From positions 30,070,001 to 30,134,000 of the forward strand of contig OZ024758.1 in assembly GCA_964016885.1 (NCBI GenBank): DNA of 64,000 nt. Reading direction: 5' to 3'. The notes beneath the pieces were generated by a model. That model was not told the origin of the DNA. It made no database searches and saw nothing but the letters and a program-made list of their open reading frames with translations. Made by a program: the position numbers and the translations under genes. Of the stretch, positions 11,176-23,585 are shown in pieces. How positions within the stretch are numbered: the stretch's first letter is position 1; every line of letters begins with the position of its first letter. This DNA comes from Eledone cirrhosa (taxonomy: Eukaryota).

Positions 11176-13960
11176 TACCAGTCCATTACAAGGTTGCCAG
11201 TCCATTACAAGGGTGCCAGTCCATTACAAGGGTTGCCAGTCCATTACAAGGGTGCCTCCATTACAAGGTTGCCAGTCCATTACAAGGGTGCCAGTCCATT
11301 ACAAGGTTGCCCGTCCATTACAAGGGTGCCAGTCCATTACAAGGGTGCCAGTCCATTACAAGGTTGCCAGTCCATTACAAGGGTTGCCAGTCCGTTACAA
11401 GGGTGCCAGTCCATTACAAGGTTGCCCGTCCATTACAAGGGTGCCAGTCCATTACAAGGGTGCCAGTCCATTACAAGGTTGCCCGTCCATTACAAGGTTG
11501 CCAGTCCGTTACAAGGGTGCCAGTCCATTACAAGGTTGCCAGTCCATTACAAGGGTTGTCAGTCCATTACAAGGGTGCCAGTCCATTACAAGGTTTCCAG
11601 TCCATTACAAGGGTGCCAGTCCATTACAAGGTTGCCAGTCCATTACAAGGGTGCCAGTCCATTACAAGGTTGCCAGTCCATTACAAGGTTGCCAGTCCAT
11701 TACAAGGTTGCATGTCCATTACAAGGTTGCCCGTCCATTACAAGGGTGCCAGTCCATTAGAAGGGTGCCCGTCCATTACAAGGTTGCCAGTCCATTACAA
11801 GGTTTCCAGTCCATTACAAGGGTGCCAGTCCATTACAAGGTTGCATGTCCATTACAAGGTTGCCCGTCCATTACAAGGGTGCCAGTCCATTACAAGGGTG
11901 CCCGTCCATTACAAGGGTGCCCGTCCATTACAAGGGTGCCAGTCCATTACAAGGTTGCCAGTCCATTACAAGGTTGCCAGTCCATTACAAGGTTGCCCGT
12001 CCATTACAAGGGTGCCAGTCCATTACAAGGTTGCCAGTCCATTACAAGGTTACCCGTCCATTACAAGGGTGCCAGTCCATTACAAGGGTGCCCGTCCATT
12101 ACAAGGTTGCCCGTCCATTACAAGGTTTCCAGTCCATTACAAGGGTGCCAGTCCATTACAAGGTTGCATGTCCATTACAAGGTTGCCCGTCCATTACAAG
12201 GGTGCCAGTCCATTACAAGGGTGCCCGTCCATTACAAGGGTGCCCGTCCATTACAAGGGTGCCAGTCCATTACAAGGTTGCCAGTCCATTACAAGGTTGC
12301 CAGTCCATTACAAGGTTGCCCGTCCATTACAAGGGTGCCAGTCCATTACAAGGTTGCCAGTCCATTACAAGGTTGCCCGTCCATTACAAGGGTGCCAGTC
12401 CATTACAAGGTTGCCAGTCCATTACAAGGGTACCAGTCCATTACAAGGTTGCCAGTCCATTACAAGGATGCCTGTCCATTACAAGGGTTGCCAATCCATT
12501 ACAAGGTTGCCAGTCCATTACAAGGTTTCCAGTCCATTACAAGGGTGCCCGTCCATTACAAGGGTGCCCGTCCATTACAAGGGTGCCAGTCCATTACAAG
12601 GTTGCCAGTCCATTACAAGGGTGCCAGTCCATTACAAGGTTGCCAGTTCATTACAAGGTTGCCAGTCCATTACAAGGGTGCCAGTCCATTACAAGGTTGC
12701 CCGTCCATTACAAGGGTGCCCGTCCATTACAAGGGTTGCCAGTCCATTACAAGGGTTGCCAATCCATTACAAGGTTGCCAGTCCATTACAAGGGTGCCAG
12801 TCCATTACAAGGTTGCCAGTTCATTACAAGGTTGCCAGTCCATTACAAGGGTGTCAGTCCATTACAAGGGTGCCTGTCCATTACAAGGGTTGCCAATCCA
12901 TTACAAGGTTGCCAGTCCATTACAAGGTTGCCAGTCCATTACAAGGTTTCCAGTCCATTACAAGGGTGCCCGTCCATTACAAGGGTGCCCGTCCATTACA
13001 AGGGTGCCAGTCCATTACAAGGGTGCCAGTCCATTACAAGGGTGCCAGTCCATTACAAGGTTGCCAGTTCATTACAAGGTTGCCAGTCCATTACAAGGGT
13101 GCCAGTCCATTACAAGGTTGCCCGTCCATTACAAGGGTGCCCGTCCATTACAAGGGTTGCCAGTCCATTACAAGGGTTGCCAATCCATTACAAGGTTGCC
13201 AGTCCATTACAAGGGTGCCAGTCCATTACAAGGTTGCCAGTTCATTACAAGGTTGCCAGTCCATTACAAGGGTGTCAGTCCATTACAAGGGTGCCTGTCC
13301 ATTACAAGGGTTGCCAATCCATTACAAGGTTGCCAGTCCATTACAAGGTTGCCAGTCCATTACAAGGTTTCCAGTCCATTACAAGGGTGCCCGTCCATTA
13401 CAAGGGTGCCCGTCCATTACAAGGGTGCCAGTCCATTACAAGGTTGCCAGTCCATTACAAGGGTGCCAGTCCATTACAAGGTTGCCAGTTCATTACAAGG
13501 TTGCCAGTCCATTACAAGGGTGCCAGTCCATTACAAGGTTGCCAGTTCATTACAAGGTTGCCAGTCCATTACAAGGGTGCCCGTCCATTACAAGGGTTGC
13601 CAGTCCATTACAAGGGTGCCAGTCCATTACAAGGGTGCCAGTCCATTACAAGGTTGCCAGTCCATTACAAGGGTGCCAGTCCATTACAAGGTTGCCAGTT
13701 CATTACAAGGGTGCCAGTCCATTACAAGTTTGCCAGTTCATTACAAGGTTGCCAGTCCATTACAAGGGTGCCCGTCCATTACAAGGGTTGCCAGTCCATT
13801 ACAAGGGTGCCAGTCCATTACAAGGTTGCCAGTCCATTACAAGGGTGCCAGTCCATTACAAGGTTGCCAGTTCATTACAAGGGTGCCAGTCCATTACAAG
13901 GTTGCCAGTTCATTACAAGGGTGCCAGTCCATTACAAGGTTGCCAGTTCATTACAAAGTT
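11176..13960. repeat. 19/20-bp minisatellite (GTTGCCAGTCCATTACAAG and variants), about 145 copies, expanded inside a SINE
   Basis: Direct tandem repetition; the flanks match the SINE at 9430-9695 on either side of gccagtccatcgcagagtt. Confidence 0.95.
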
Positions 13961-14129
13961 AACCCACTAGTACTTATTTTCAGCTGAGTGGACTGGAGAA
14001 ACAGGAAATGAAGGACACACCATGCAACCCTGTCCAAGACCCTAACCACTAGTCCTCATGCTTTCACGTGTTAGATAAAGGTTAACATAATTAGATAGAA
14101 CAAATTTACAACTATTTAGGAACTAATGG

Positions 14130-14774
14130 ACTTGAGAGAGTACAGCTCATACAGATATGGTACGGTCCCTTGATGAGAGAGTACAGCACACCCAGATATG
14201 GTACGGTCCCTTGAGAGAGTACAGCACACACAGATATGGTACAATCCCTTGAGAGAGTACAGCACACACAGATATGGTAGGGTCCCTTGAGAGAGTACAG
14301 CACACACAGATATGGTACGGTCCCTTGAGAGAGTACAGCACACACAGATATGGTACAGTCCCTTGAGAGAGTACAGCACACAGATATGGTACGGTCCCTT
14401 GAGAGAGTACAGCACACACAGATATGGTACGGTCCCTTGAGAGAGTACAGCACACAGAGATATGGTACGGTCCCTTGAGAGAGTACAGCACACACAGATA
14501 TGGTACGGTCCATTGAGAGAGTACAGCACACAGAGATATGGTACGGTCCCTTGAGAGAGTACAGCACACACAGATATGGTACGGTCCCTTGAGAGAGTAC
14601 AGCACACACAGATATGGTAGGGTCCCTTGAGAGAGTACAGCACACACAGATATGGTACGGTCCCTTGAGAGAGTACAGCACACAGATATGGTACGGTCCC
14701 TTGAGAGAGAACAGCACATAGATATGGTACGGTCCCTTGAGAGAGTACAGCGCACACAGATATGGTAGGGTCCC
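14130..14774. repeat. 36/38-bp minisatellite (GGTCCCTTGAGAGAGTACAGCACACACAGATATGGTAC), about 17 copies
   Basis: Direct tandem repetition; it runs into a dispersed-repeat terminus (ggtcccgtaactcctggg). Confidence 0.95.
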
Positions 14775-14912
14775 GTAACTCCTGGGTGAGTCGTAAGGGC
14801 TCTGTAGTGACATACAGCGTTTCTTGGGCATTTTAAGCCTAGCGGAGACCAACCCTCTCTTGGCTTAAGATATAAGGAAATGTTAAAAAGGATTATTATA
14901 AATGCATTAGAC

Positions 14913-15180
14913 CAGAGGTTCTCAAACATTTTGGTCCACCGCCCCACTCACAACCACGTAATACTCTAGTGCCCCCACCCCTATTTCCAGAGAGAACTCC
15001 CTATAATAAATAAAATTGTTAATTTATATATTATTTATATATATATATATATATGTATCATTTGATATACTATTATATCATCTCTACCCCCCCCCCCCCC
15101 GTACCCTTTAGGCCCCAGCGCCCCCTTGGACCTTCTCAATGCACCACGGTGGGCGGTAGCACCCACTTTGTGAACCTCTG
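14913..15180. mobile_element. hAT (Charlie-like) MITE
   Basis: TIRs CAGAGGTTCTCAAA / TTTGTGAACCTCTG; 8-bp TSD CATTAGAC / CATTAGAT. Confidence 0.75.
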
Positions 15181-16087
15181 CATTAGATGAATACTAAAAC
15201 AGCCAAATACTACAAATAATGCAATAAGACCCAATGCATGAATATATCCAAATACTGGGACTTGGCTGACTCCTTCCATTTCGTGCCACCAGGCGGCAGT
15301 CCGAGGACACCGGGTATCTGGACGGTGTTCTCGGACTGCCATTCTTCGCAAAAATTGGCAGGAATGCATCTCACTCGAGGAAGGAGGTTGATGAAGTGGA
15401 GTGGCTGACACAGCCGGTCTTCTCCGTGGCAATGCTTTCGCCATCTTGTCCACAGAGTGTTGCTGAGATATACCGCCGAGACAGGAGTCTAGTCTGTCCC
15501 CTTCTTAATTCATTATATAATTGTGTCTCTCTTCCTGTTTACTATGCGAATACACTGCCCAAAAGCCGACATAGAAAGATTGAATTTACCTCCAACGTGG
15601 GTAGAGTCTTCTGCAAATGAATGAAAAACAAAACTACAGCAACAACAAACAAACTCCAAAACCTTAACTATTTCCTATCGTTAGAGAACCCATAAAATAT
15701 AAAACAATGTCTGAAGTAACAGGCAGCTGTCAGGAGGGAGAAACAACAACAGAAATCGTTAAGAAAACAAACCAAAACAAATAATAATAATAACAGCTAA
15801 CCTTTAAATGAAATTAGAGAGTATCGTGTTTAAACGATGTCAAGAAAGACCCCTACATGACAATATTTGATATGACAGAAAAGTAGAGATAGATAAAGAA
15901 AAAAATAAAACCTAACACTGAAAGCGCAACATTCAAAGCCGAAACTGGGGGATGTTTTGTTTTTTATCACAGCACAAGACTTTCTAGGAACTACTAAACA
16001 CATAAAATTGTTTCTACTTTTGGCACAAGACCAGCAATACCCAATGCATTACTGGTACTTTATTCTATCGACCCCGGAAGGATGAAA

Positions 16088-16467
16088 GGCAAACATATAA
16101 TGGCTTCCAGACCTGCCAACCTCTAAAAACCTAAACGGGGAGTACCATGAAAAAAGGTGCCCCAAAACGGGGAGATTTTACAAAATTGTTTCTACTTTTG
16201 GCACAAAGCCAGCAATTATCCCAGTGTATTACTGGTACTTTATTTTATCGACCCCGTAAGGATGAAAGGCAAAGCTAACCTCGGCGGGATTTGAACTCAG
16301 ATCATAAAGGGCCGTAACTATGCGTCAAAGCACGACCCCTCTACCGATACTGCCAATCCACCTACATAATGAAGGTTATACCCATTTTCACAGGAGAAGA
16401 CATCTCTCACTCACCCCAAAGTGGGTGGGAGATCTCCCCATCGGACGGGGAGAGTTGACAGGTCTGG
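16088..16467. mobile_element. hAT-like MITE (CAGACCTGCCAAC...GTTGACAGGTCTG) with a nested SINE fragment; further copies at about 17190-17370, 55866-56057 and 56974-57154
   Basis: Terminal inverted repeats and a shared ~200-bp body (cacccc aaagtgggtgggagatctccc) in four copies. Confidence 0.65.
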
Positions 16468-17868
16468 GTTATATGATTTTGGCACAATGCCAACGATATC
16501 GGGGGAGGAGAAAGTCGATTAAATTGACACCAGTGCGTTACTGGTACTTTATTTTACCGACCCCGTAAAGATGAAATGATTTGAACTCAGAACGTAAAGG
16601 ACCGTAACTCTATGTCACAAAGCATGTTGTCCGACGCTCTACCGATACTCCCAACCCACTGCAGCTACTAAATCTCATAATTGTTTCTACTTTTGGCACA
16701 AGGCCAGCAATTATCCAGTGCATTACTGGTACTTTATTTTATCTACCCCGTAAGGATGAAAGGCAAAGTGAACCTCGGCGGGATTTGAACTCAGACCGTA
16801 GAGGGACGTAACTCTATGCTGGAAAGCATGGCGTCCGACTCTACCGATACTGCCAATAAATATCATATAATGAATTTGAATACAAAAAGTAACAACAGAA
16901 TATGTGAAGCTTTTTTGAAGAAATTATCAATCAGCTCGTCTCTGGTTGCTCATTCTTAGCTAAACCAGATTAAATATACTGGTACAACATAGTTGGAGTT
17001 TTCACACTCTGAAAACTACCACAGCATTATGGAAAACCCACAGAAAAGAAGCCAGCGGTGACGTTTTTACGCGATCGCTCGATCTGCTAGAATTAACAGC
17101 CAAATTTCCCTCAAATTACACCTTATCGTCTTAAAAAAAGAAGCATATATTAGACAATGTGGTCCTAGGTGTCATCGTTAGAACACATTCACAGACCTGC
17201 CTACCTCTAAAAACCTAAACGAGGACTACCATGAGAAAAGGTTCCCCAAAACAGGGAGAAATGAGGCAAATTGGGGAGATTTTACATAATGAAAGCTATA
17301 CCCATTTTCACAAGAGAAGATATCTCTCACCCACCCCAAAGTGGGTGGGAGATTCCCTGTCGACAGGTCCGCATTCATTGTTTCTACACAAGGGGGATTT
17401 CAGGCGTTTTTTTAATTTTTTATCAAAAGTATTATATGACAGGGAGGAATTATCGAAATACAACGAACTGGAAACAGCATTAACTAGTATATGAGAAGAG
17501 TGAGATTTACGTATAAGCTAAACAAGCTATAGCTTAGAGCCCCCACTTTCTTGGGGCCCCGAAAAAATTGAAAAAAAAAACCTGTACATTTCCAAAATAT
17601 AAGATAAAAAAAAACTAAAATAATGCAATAGTTTTAAACACTTTTCTCCTTTAATATTGAAGGTTTTGCAGTTTTTATAACATATAAAGGGCCCCATTAT
17701 CTCAAATAGCTTAGGGCCTCATCAAATCTAAATCCGGCCCTGTGTATGAGGATAGAAAACAAAAACAATTCCCATCATAAGTGCCTTCAAAAAGAAAAGA
17801 GACGCCCAGAAATATTTAAACAAAACGCCAATCCATATATGGAGAAAATATCACATCAGCGCTGTACA

Positions 17869-17971
17869 CATATTTACATATTACATAGAGTACAATATTT
17901 ACATATTACATAGAGTACAATATTTACATATTACATAGAGTACAATATTTACATATTACATAGAGTACAAT
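17869..17971. repeat. 25-bp tandem repeat x4 (TATTTACATATTACATAGAGTACAA)
   Basis: Direct repetition. Confidence 0.9.
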
Positions 17972-18599
17972 GATAGAAATAAGATAAAGACTGATAGATA
18001 AAGAAAAAATAAAACCTAACATTGAAAGCACAAATTCAAAGCCGGAAACCGAAGGATTTTTTTTTTATCACGGCACAAAATATTTATTGAAACTACAAAA
18101 AATTCCTAGGAACTACTAAATACAATGAATAAAATAAAAATAAGATAAAAAGACTGAACACACGTAATAAAAATAAAACTCCTAGAAAAATAGCAATAGT
18201 AGGACTTCCATACAGGAAGAAACTACTTGGTACAATTTCTGAAGAGTTTAGTATCTGGACCAAGAGTTAACTGCATATGTTATGACAGTCCCGAAGCTTT
18301 TGACAAAGTTGAATGTGGTGCGTTGTGTGACAAGCTGAAATAAGGTGACATTTTATGTCACAACCTGAAATATATACCTATAACTTAAAGAACAATGTGA
18401 AATAGTGACGGCAAATCGTTCCTTTTCCCGAAAGTTCTGCAAGTAACAAGCAGTGTAGCAGAAAACAACGTTTGTAAGCCATCTTTTTTTCATTACTTTT
18501 TTGTAGGCTGACCAAGATACTCTCATGGAATGACCAAATAAGGTTTTTTTTTTTCAATATAGTCCCTGGAGAGAAACAATGCTGTTAGTAACAAGAGTG

Positions 18600-18825
18600 A
18601 GGGCGGTGGATTGGCAGTATCGGTAGAGGGTCGGACGCCATGCTTTGCAGCACAGAGTTACGGCCCTTTACGGTCTGAGTTCAAATCCCGTCGAGGTTAA
18701 CTTTGCCTTTCATCCTTACGGGGTCGATAAAATAAAGTACCAGTAACGTACTGAGGTCGATTTAATCGACTTTCCCCTCCCCCCAAATTACTAGCCTTGT
18801 GCCTGTACTAGAAATCGTTATTAGT
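18600..18825 (+). mobile_element. Abundant SINE with GCCTTTCATCC..GGGGTCGATAAAATAAAGTACCAG core (Nin/Deu-like). More than 15 full or partial copies, e.g. 16680-16855, 20965-21420, 40870-41050, 49505-49620, 52725-52915, 56695-56870.
   Basis: tRNA-like head TGGCAGTATCGGTAG...GAGTTCAAATCCC with the conserved core recurring throughout the window. Confidence 0.8.
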
Positions 18826-19029
18826 AACAAGAGTTGAAAGTAATGCATGCATGATTTCACAGCTCTAGCATCACTCCTTCATAGTCAGTCTATGAACGTT
18901 TCAGCTAACCCTCGTAGATAAACATGCCATCTTCCATATTCAGTAGCTACGCAGACCTCACAAAATTAATGCTTGAAATTGAAAGACACCATATTTATTT
19001 TTTAGTCTCGTAAGTCCCAAAATAGTCGT

Positions 19030-19300
19030 AGGGTGCGCCGCATTAACATATGGTGTTTCTAGGGCATTTTAAAATCTGACAGAGCCCATCTCCTCTCCAG
19101 GTCTGAATACAGCAGATTTCTTCCAGAGAAGGATAGAAAGTGAGAGAATCTACTCCAGTACTTGACTGGTATTTTGTTTTTATCCACCTCAAATGGATGA
19201 AAGGTAAAGTTGACCTCAACAGAATTTGAACTGAGAGAGCCGAAACGAATACCTCAAAGCATTCTATCTTACGTTCTAGCGACTCTGCCAATTTTCCGCC
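19030..19300 (-). mobile_element. SINE subfamily with the same core and a tail ending ...ggagttacgggaccat (copies at about 8195-8480, 52960-53290, 54895-55230)
   Basis: Shared head, core and tail (gaagaaatctgc..ccctagaaac..gagttacgggacc). Confidence 0.7.
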
Positions 19301-19929
19301 TTCAAGACACCATAGGAAAATAACAATAGCATATTTTTCAGCGATTTTAAGATTCTTTTTAGTGAACAGAAACTCTCTGAAGATATGTTTTATTTTGGCC
19401 TAAGAAACTAAGCTCCTGTTAACATAGCTATCGGGGTCCGTAAGGCACGAAAGCCCCACAACCCCAACCAGGTGTAGATTAGCCATTAAACAAAATAAGC
19501 ACAGGCATCAAGGAAAAAGGGGAACGGTTTTATTCAAATTAAATATATTTTCCCCACCCACCGCCAAAAGAAAATTGTAGACTTTATATTCGGGTGTGCG
19601 TAGACATAATATTTTAAGTGCTTAGGGTCTCAAAAGAACATAATCCAGCCCTGAACACGACAGTGTCGATCCACGTGCGAAAGATTTCGTCAAATTATAC
19701 CTAAAAATATTTTATGGTATTGGTGGTGATGAGTATTAAATTGTGACAGTATGTTATTGCTACGTATTTTTATTAAATAACATGGGAGTGAAAATATGAA
19801 CATATATGATATATACAAAGCATATAAATATATTTACAGTAGAATAACATAGCAAATATGTTATAAATATATACATAAATAACACTACAAATGCTTCGAA
19901 ATTAGTTATTGACTTGATATTTTCCCTCA

Positions 19930-20250
19930 ATGCTACAATATTAAAGAAAAAGTAAAGGAAGGGGTGAACAACGGAGCCAACACCAGAGCAAAAGACAGCA
20001 GCGAGGGGTACTGGGAGACCTCTCTAATGATGGTTGAGGCAAGCCAGCACACTGGCAGCGTTGCCTCGGGGGATGGCGAGGCTGAGGTGCTGGAACAACC
20101 AAGCACCCTCGCGAGATTCGCCAGTTACCTCTATTAGGCGAGCCGCCAGTGAAGAGAGGAACCTCGCAGTCAGCGGCCCGACTCCCCCAAACGTCTCGAA
20201 AGCCACAGGCTGAAAAATGTAGCTGGCCGACAGATCAGAGTATTTGAGGG
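19930..20250 (-). mobile_element. 3' fragment of an RLE-type (CRE-like) non-LTR retrotransposon; a decayed relative lies at about 55343-55397
   Basis: KYSDLSASYIFQPVAFETFGGVGP..FL..WLFQHLSLAIPRGNAASV, the typical C-terminus after the restriction-like endonuclease. Confidence 0.7.
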
Positions 20251-23200
20251 TATCGTATTGTATCTATCCCAGAATTTAAAATATAGATTGAATTCCGTTG
20301 GGGGTTTGAACTCAAAATGTAAAAGAATGTAATTAGATACTAGCAGACTTTTAAATCCAGCTCACTACACTTGTTAACAACCAAGATCCAATGAATGCCG
20401 TCTCATATTTAGCAGCATTGATACAACACGTATTTCTGTTCAGTTGAGGTGAAAGTTAAGATACTGGGGTTGTTGTCATACAGCTACTCAAACACAAAGT
20501 TTCATAAAGGCGTGGTGTGCTTTAAATAACTATTTGTTTGTTTTCACTAAAAGTAGACTAATAAACGTTGTGGCAGAGGAAATATACCTCAAGGGAGCGT
20601 TCGGCATTCTAATTTCAAACACGGTATGGCCTCACGTATGTATCATAGTGGAGTTGAGAAACTTAGATCAGCTGAGATTAAACAAAGCAATTAATTGACA
20701 AAAACTCCTTAGGGATGTTTAAAATAAAAACACAAGCAAGGGAGATAACTCCCTTTCTCTTAAAATTGCTGGCCTTGTGCCTAAATTAGAAATAATTGTT
20801 TCTATTTTTGGCACTTTATTTTATCGACCCCGTAAGGATGAAAGGCAAAGTTAACCTCAGCGGGATTTAGAAATAATAATTATTATTGTTATTGCTAACT
20901 AACACGCGGAAATTACTGTTGTTGAAAACTAAGATAATAATTACCATGACATATATGTTATTTCAGTGGATTGGCAGTATCGGTAGAGGGTCGGACGCCA
21001 TGCTTTGCAGCACACTTATGTCCCTTTACGGACTGAGTTCAAAACCCGCCGAGGTTAACTTTGCCTTTCATCCTTAAAGGGTCGATAAAATAAAGTACCA
21101 GTAATACACTGGGATAATTGCTGGCCTTGTGCCAAAAGTAGAAACAATTATATTTGCCTTTCATCCTTACGGGGTCGATAAAATAAAGTACCAGTAATAC
21201 ACTGGGATAATTGCTGACCTTGTGCCAAAAGTAGAAACAATTATATTTGAATAATTAGACCAGTAATTTATCATTATCACAATTTATACAAATAATTGTT
21301 TCTACTTTTGGCACGACCAGCAATTACCCCCAGTGCATTACTAGTACTTTATTTTATTGACCCCGTAAGGATGAAAGACAAAGTTAACCTGGGTGGGATT
21401 TGAACTTAGGCCGTAAAGGAGTGAGTTTCCCTCCGTTTTCATCTTTGATTATATACTAACATATTGTAAATATGTCACCTTCTGCCTCATATCACTTCCT
21501 CTTCTCACCTATATCCAAGTGAACGCCAAGCGGTTTAGACTTGCGTGATAGATTTTACCTATTTCTATACCCACTTGCACCTCCCCATGTATTGAGTACT
21601 CCCATAATTAGTGGTCTCCCTGGTACCCCCTTCCTCTATCTAGTATATGTCTACCTGCTGTGTCAGAAATGTGCTTGAAGACGAAACACCGTGTAAGAAT
21701 TAAATCTTAATACCACCTAAAGATACATATGAAAAATTATTGATCAATAGAGTGAGATGGAGGACATTCCATTACGATAGAAAACGTTCAGACAAAAACA
21801 GGGATACGAATAACCTCGACAATTACGGCTTTAAAACATTTGAAAGCCCTCCTCACAACACATTATTAAACTCATTTGAAAATGATCTAATTAAATTAGT
21901 TAAGAACATAAAATACAAAAAACATCATAATAGAAACAACACCTTCTTAAACTACCTTAACTCCACTATTAAAGGATTTAATAAAAATAGAAAAATCCTA
22001 GTACATGCAGATAAAAGTAATAATATATATAGCTTAGATTACGATACTTATAGAAAATTTATATATAAGGAACTGCATAGGAGCTACAAGAAAACTACTA
22101 TTAAAAACCTAGAAGATATAAATATTGAAGGCCGTAATATAGTGAGTAAATTAGGACTTCAGAGACATACACAGCCATACACCCCTAATCCCCAAAGATT
22201 CTCTCTGAAGGACCATAAAGAAGACTTCATTAGTAACCCTTCAATTAGACTGATTTGCCCTTCCAAGTCTGACATTGGTATTATCAGCAAGAAAATATTA
22301 GATAAAATCATCCTACAATTTAAGCACAAAATATACCTTAACCAATGGGGGAATACGGGTGAGGTTCTTAAATGGTTTAAGGGTATTAAAGAGTGTAAAA
22401 ATTAAAAATTTATACAATTTGATATCAATTCTTACTACACCTCTATTTCCCCTATCCTATTAAATAAGGCTCTTATTATGGCCATGAACAATAGTGACCT
22501 GACTAGATCCCAAATTGATGTCATACTTGTGGCCCGAAAAACCATAATCACATTTGAAGAACAATTATGGACCTGCAAGGATACGCATAAGAACTTCGAC
22601 ATAACCATGGGATCTAGTGACTCGGCACAGGTAACCGATTTGGTGGGCTTATACCTACTTAATGAAATCCATAAGAACCTACCTACCTCAACGGTGGTTT
22701 ATACCACGATCATGCGCTTCTTCTTATAGACTATAAACAATTTAATATAGAAAAAACTAAGAAACAGTTACACAAAATTTTCAAAAACTTCAACTTAAGT
22801 ATCACCTTAGATAAAAACACTAAAAACGTCAACTTCCTTGATGTCAACTTCCTAGACTCTAGAATATACACACCAACTTCTACAAACGTCAACTTCCTAG
22901 ACTCTAGAATATACACACCCTATCATAAACCTAACGAAAAACTAATTTATGTGAACACCAACTCTAACCACCCTAAATCCATATTAAACTCCATTACCAA
23001 AGGAATATCTAATAGAATCTCTAATCTATCATATAATGAAACTATATTTAACAATAATTCACAAAAATCAGGACATAAGAATGAGATTGAATTCCTACCT
23101 ATAAAATCACATAGTTACAGCATTATTTCTCATAATATGGCCATGAGGAAAAATAGTAAAAACACTAGCCACTATAACTCTAGGACAAAGATTAATACCA

Positions 23201-23408
23201 AACTTAACTCGCACCAAAGTAAACACCACAATAATAATTTAAACAGGGATATGAATACCTCAAAAAATAATAATATAAACAAAACTAGAAGGAGAACTAA
23301 TACATTCTTCAACCCCCTTTCAATATAAACATCTCTACCAACTTGCCTAAGGCTTTCTTCTCAATCTTAGAAAAAAAACTTCCTGACCGGCTACAAGTAC
23401 CATAGCCT

Positions 23409-23585
23409 TATCATCATCATCGTTTAACGTCCATGTTCCACACTTGCATGGGTTTGGACGGGAGTTTTCCCACTTGAGGCAAGAGTGGTTGTCATTGCTC
23501 GCATAGGACTGTCTGGCGGGTTTTCTACAGCTGGATGCCCTTCCTAACACCAACCACATTTACAGTGTGGGGCTGGGAGGTTTTT
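23409..23585 (-). mobile_element. SINE 3' fragment with (GAT)n tail inserted in the PLE ORF
   Basis: It interrupts ...YKYHSL / FTK.TIKISYSTTPN and has the same tail as the SINE at 9040-9407. Confidence 0.75.

Noticed and set aside
10978-13987. 700-950-aa ORFs in three frames
   Set aside because: Artefact of a stop-free 19/20-bp minisatellite; the same peptide cycles through all frames.
14112-14947. CRISPR-like 36-38-bp periodicity and 200-aa ORFs
   Set aside because: Units are contiguous with no unique spacers, there are no cas genes, and the context is eukaryotic.
18290-18560. AFDKV-like RT remnant (and a CR1/L2-like 3' remnant near 52480-52690)
   Set aside because: Too degenerate to delimit or classify by eye.
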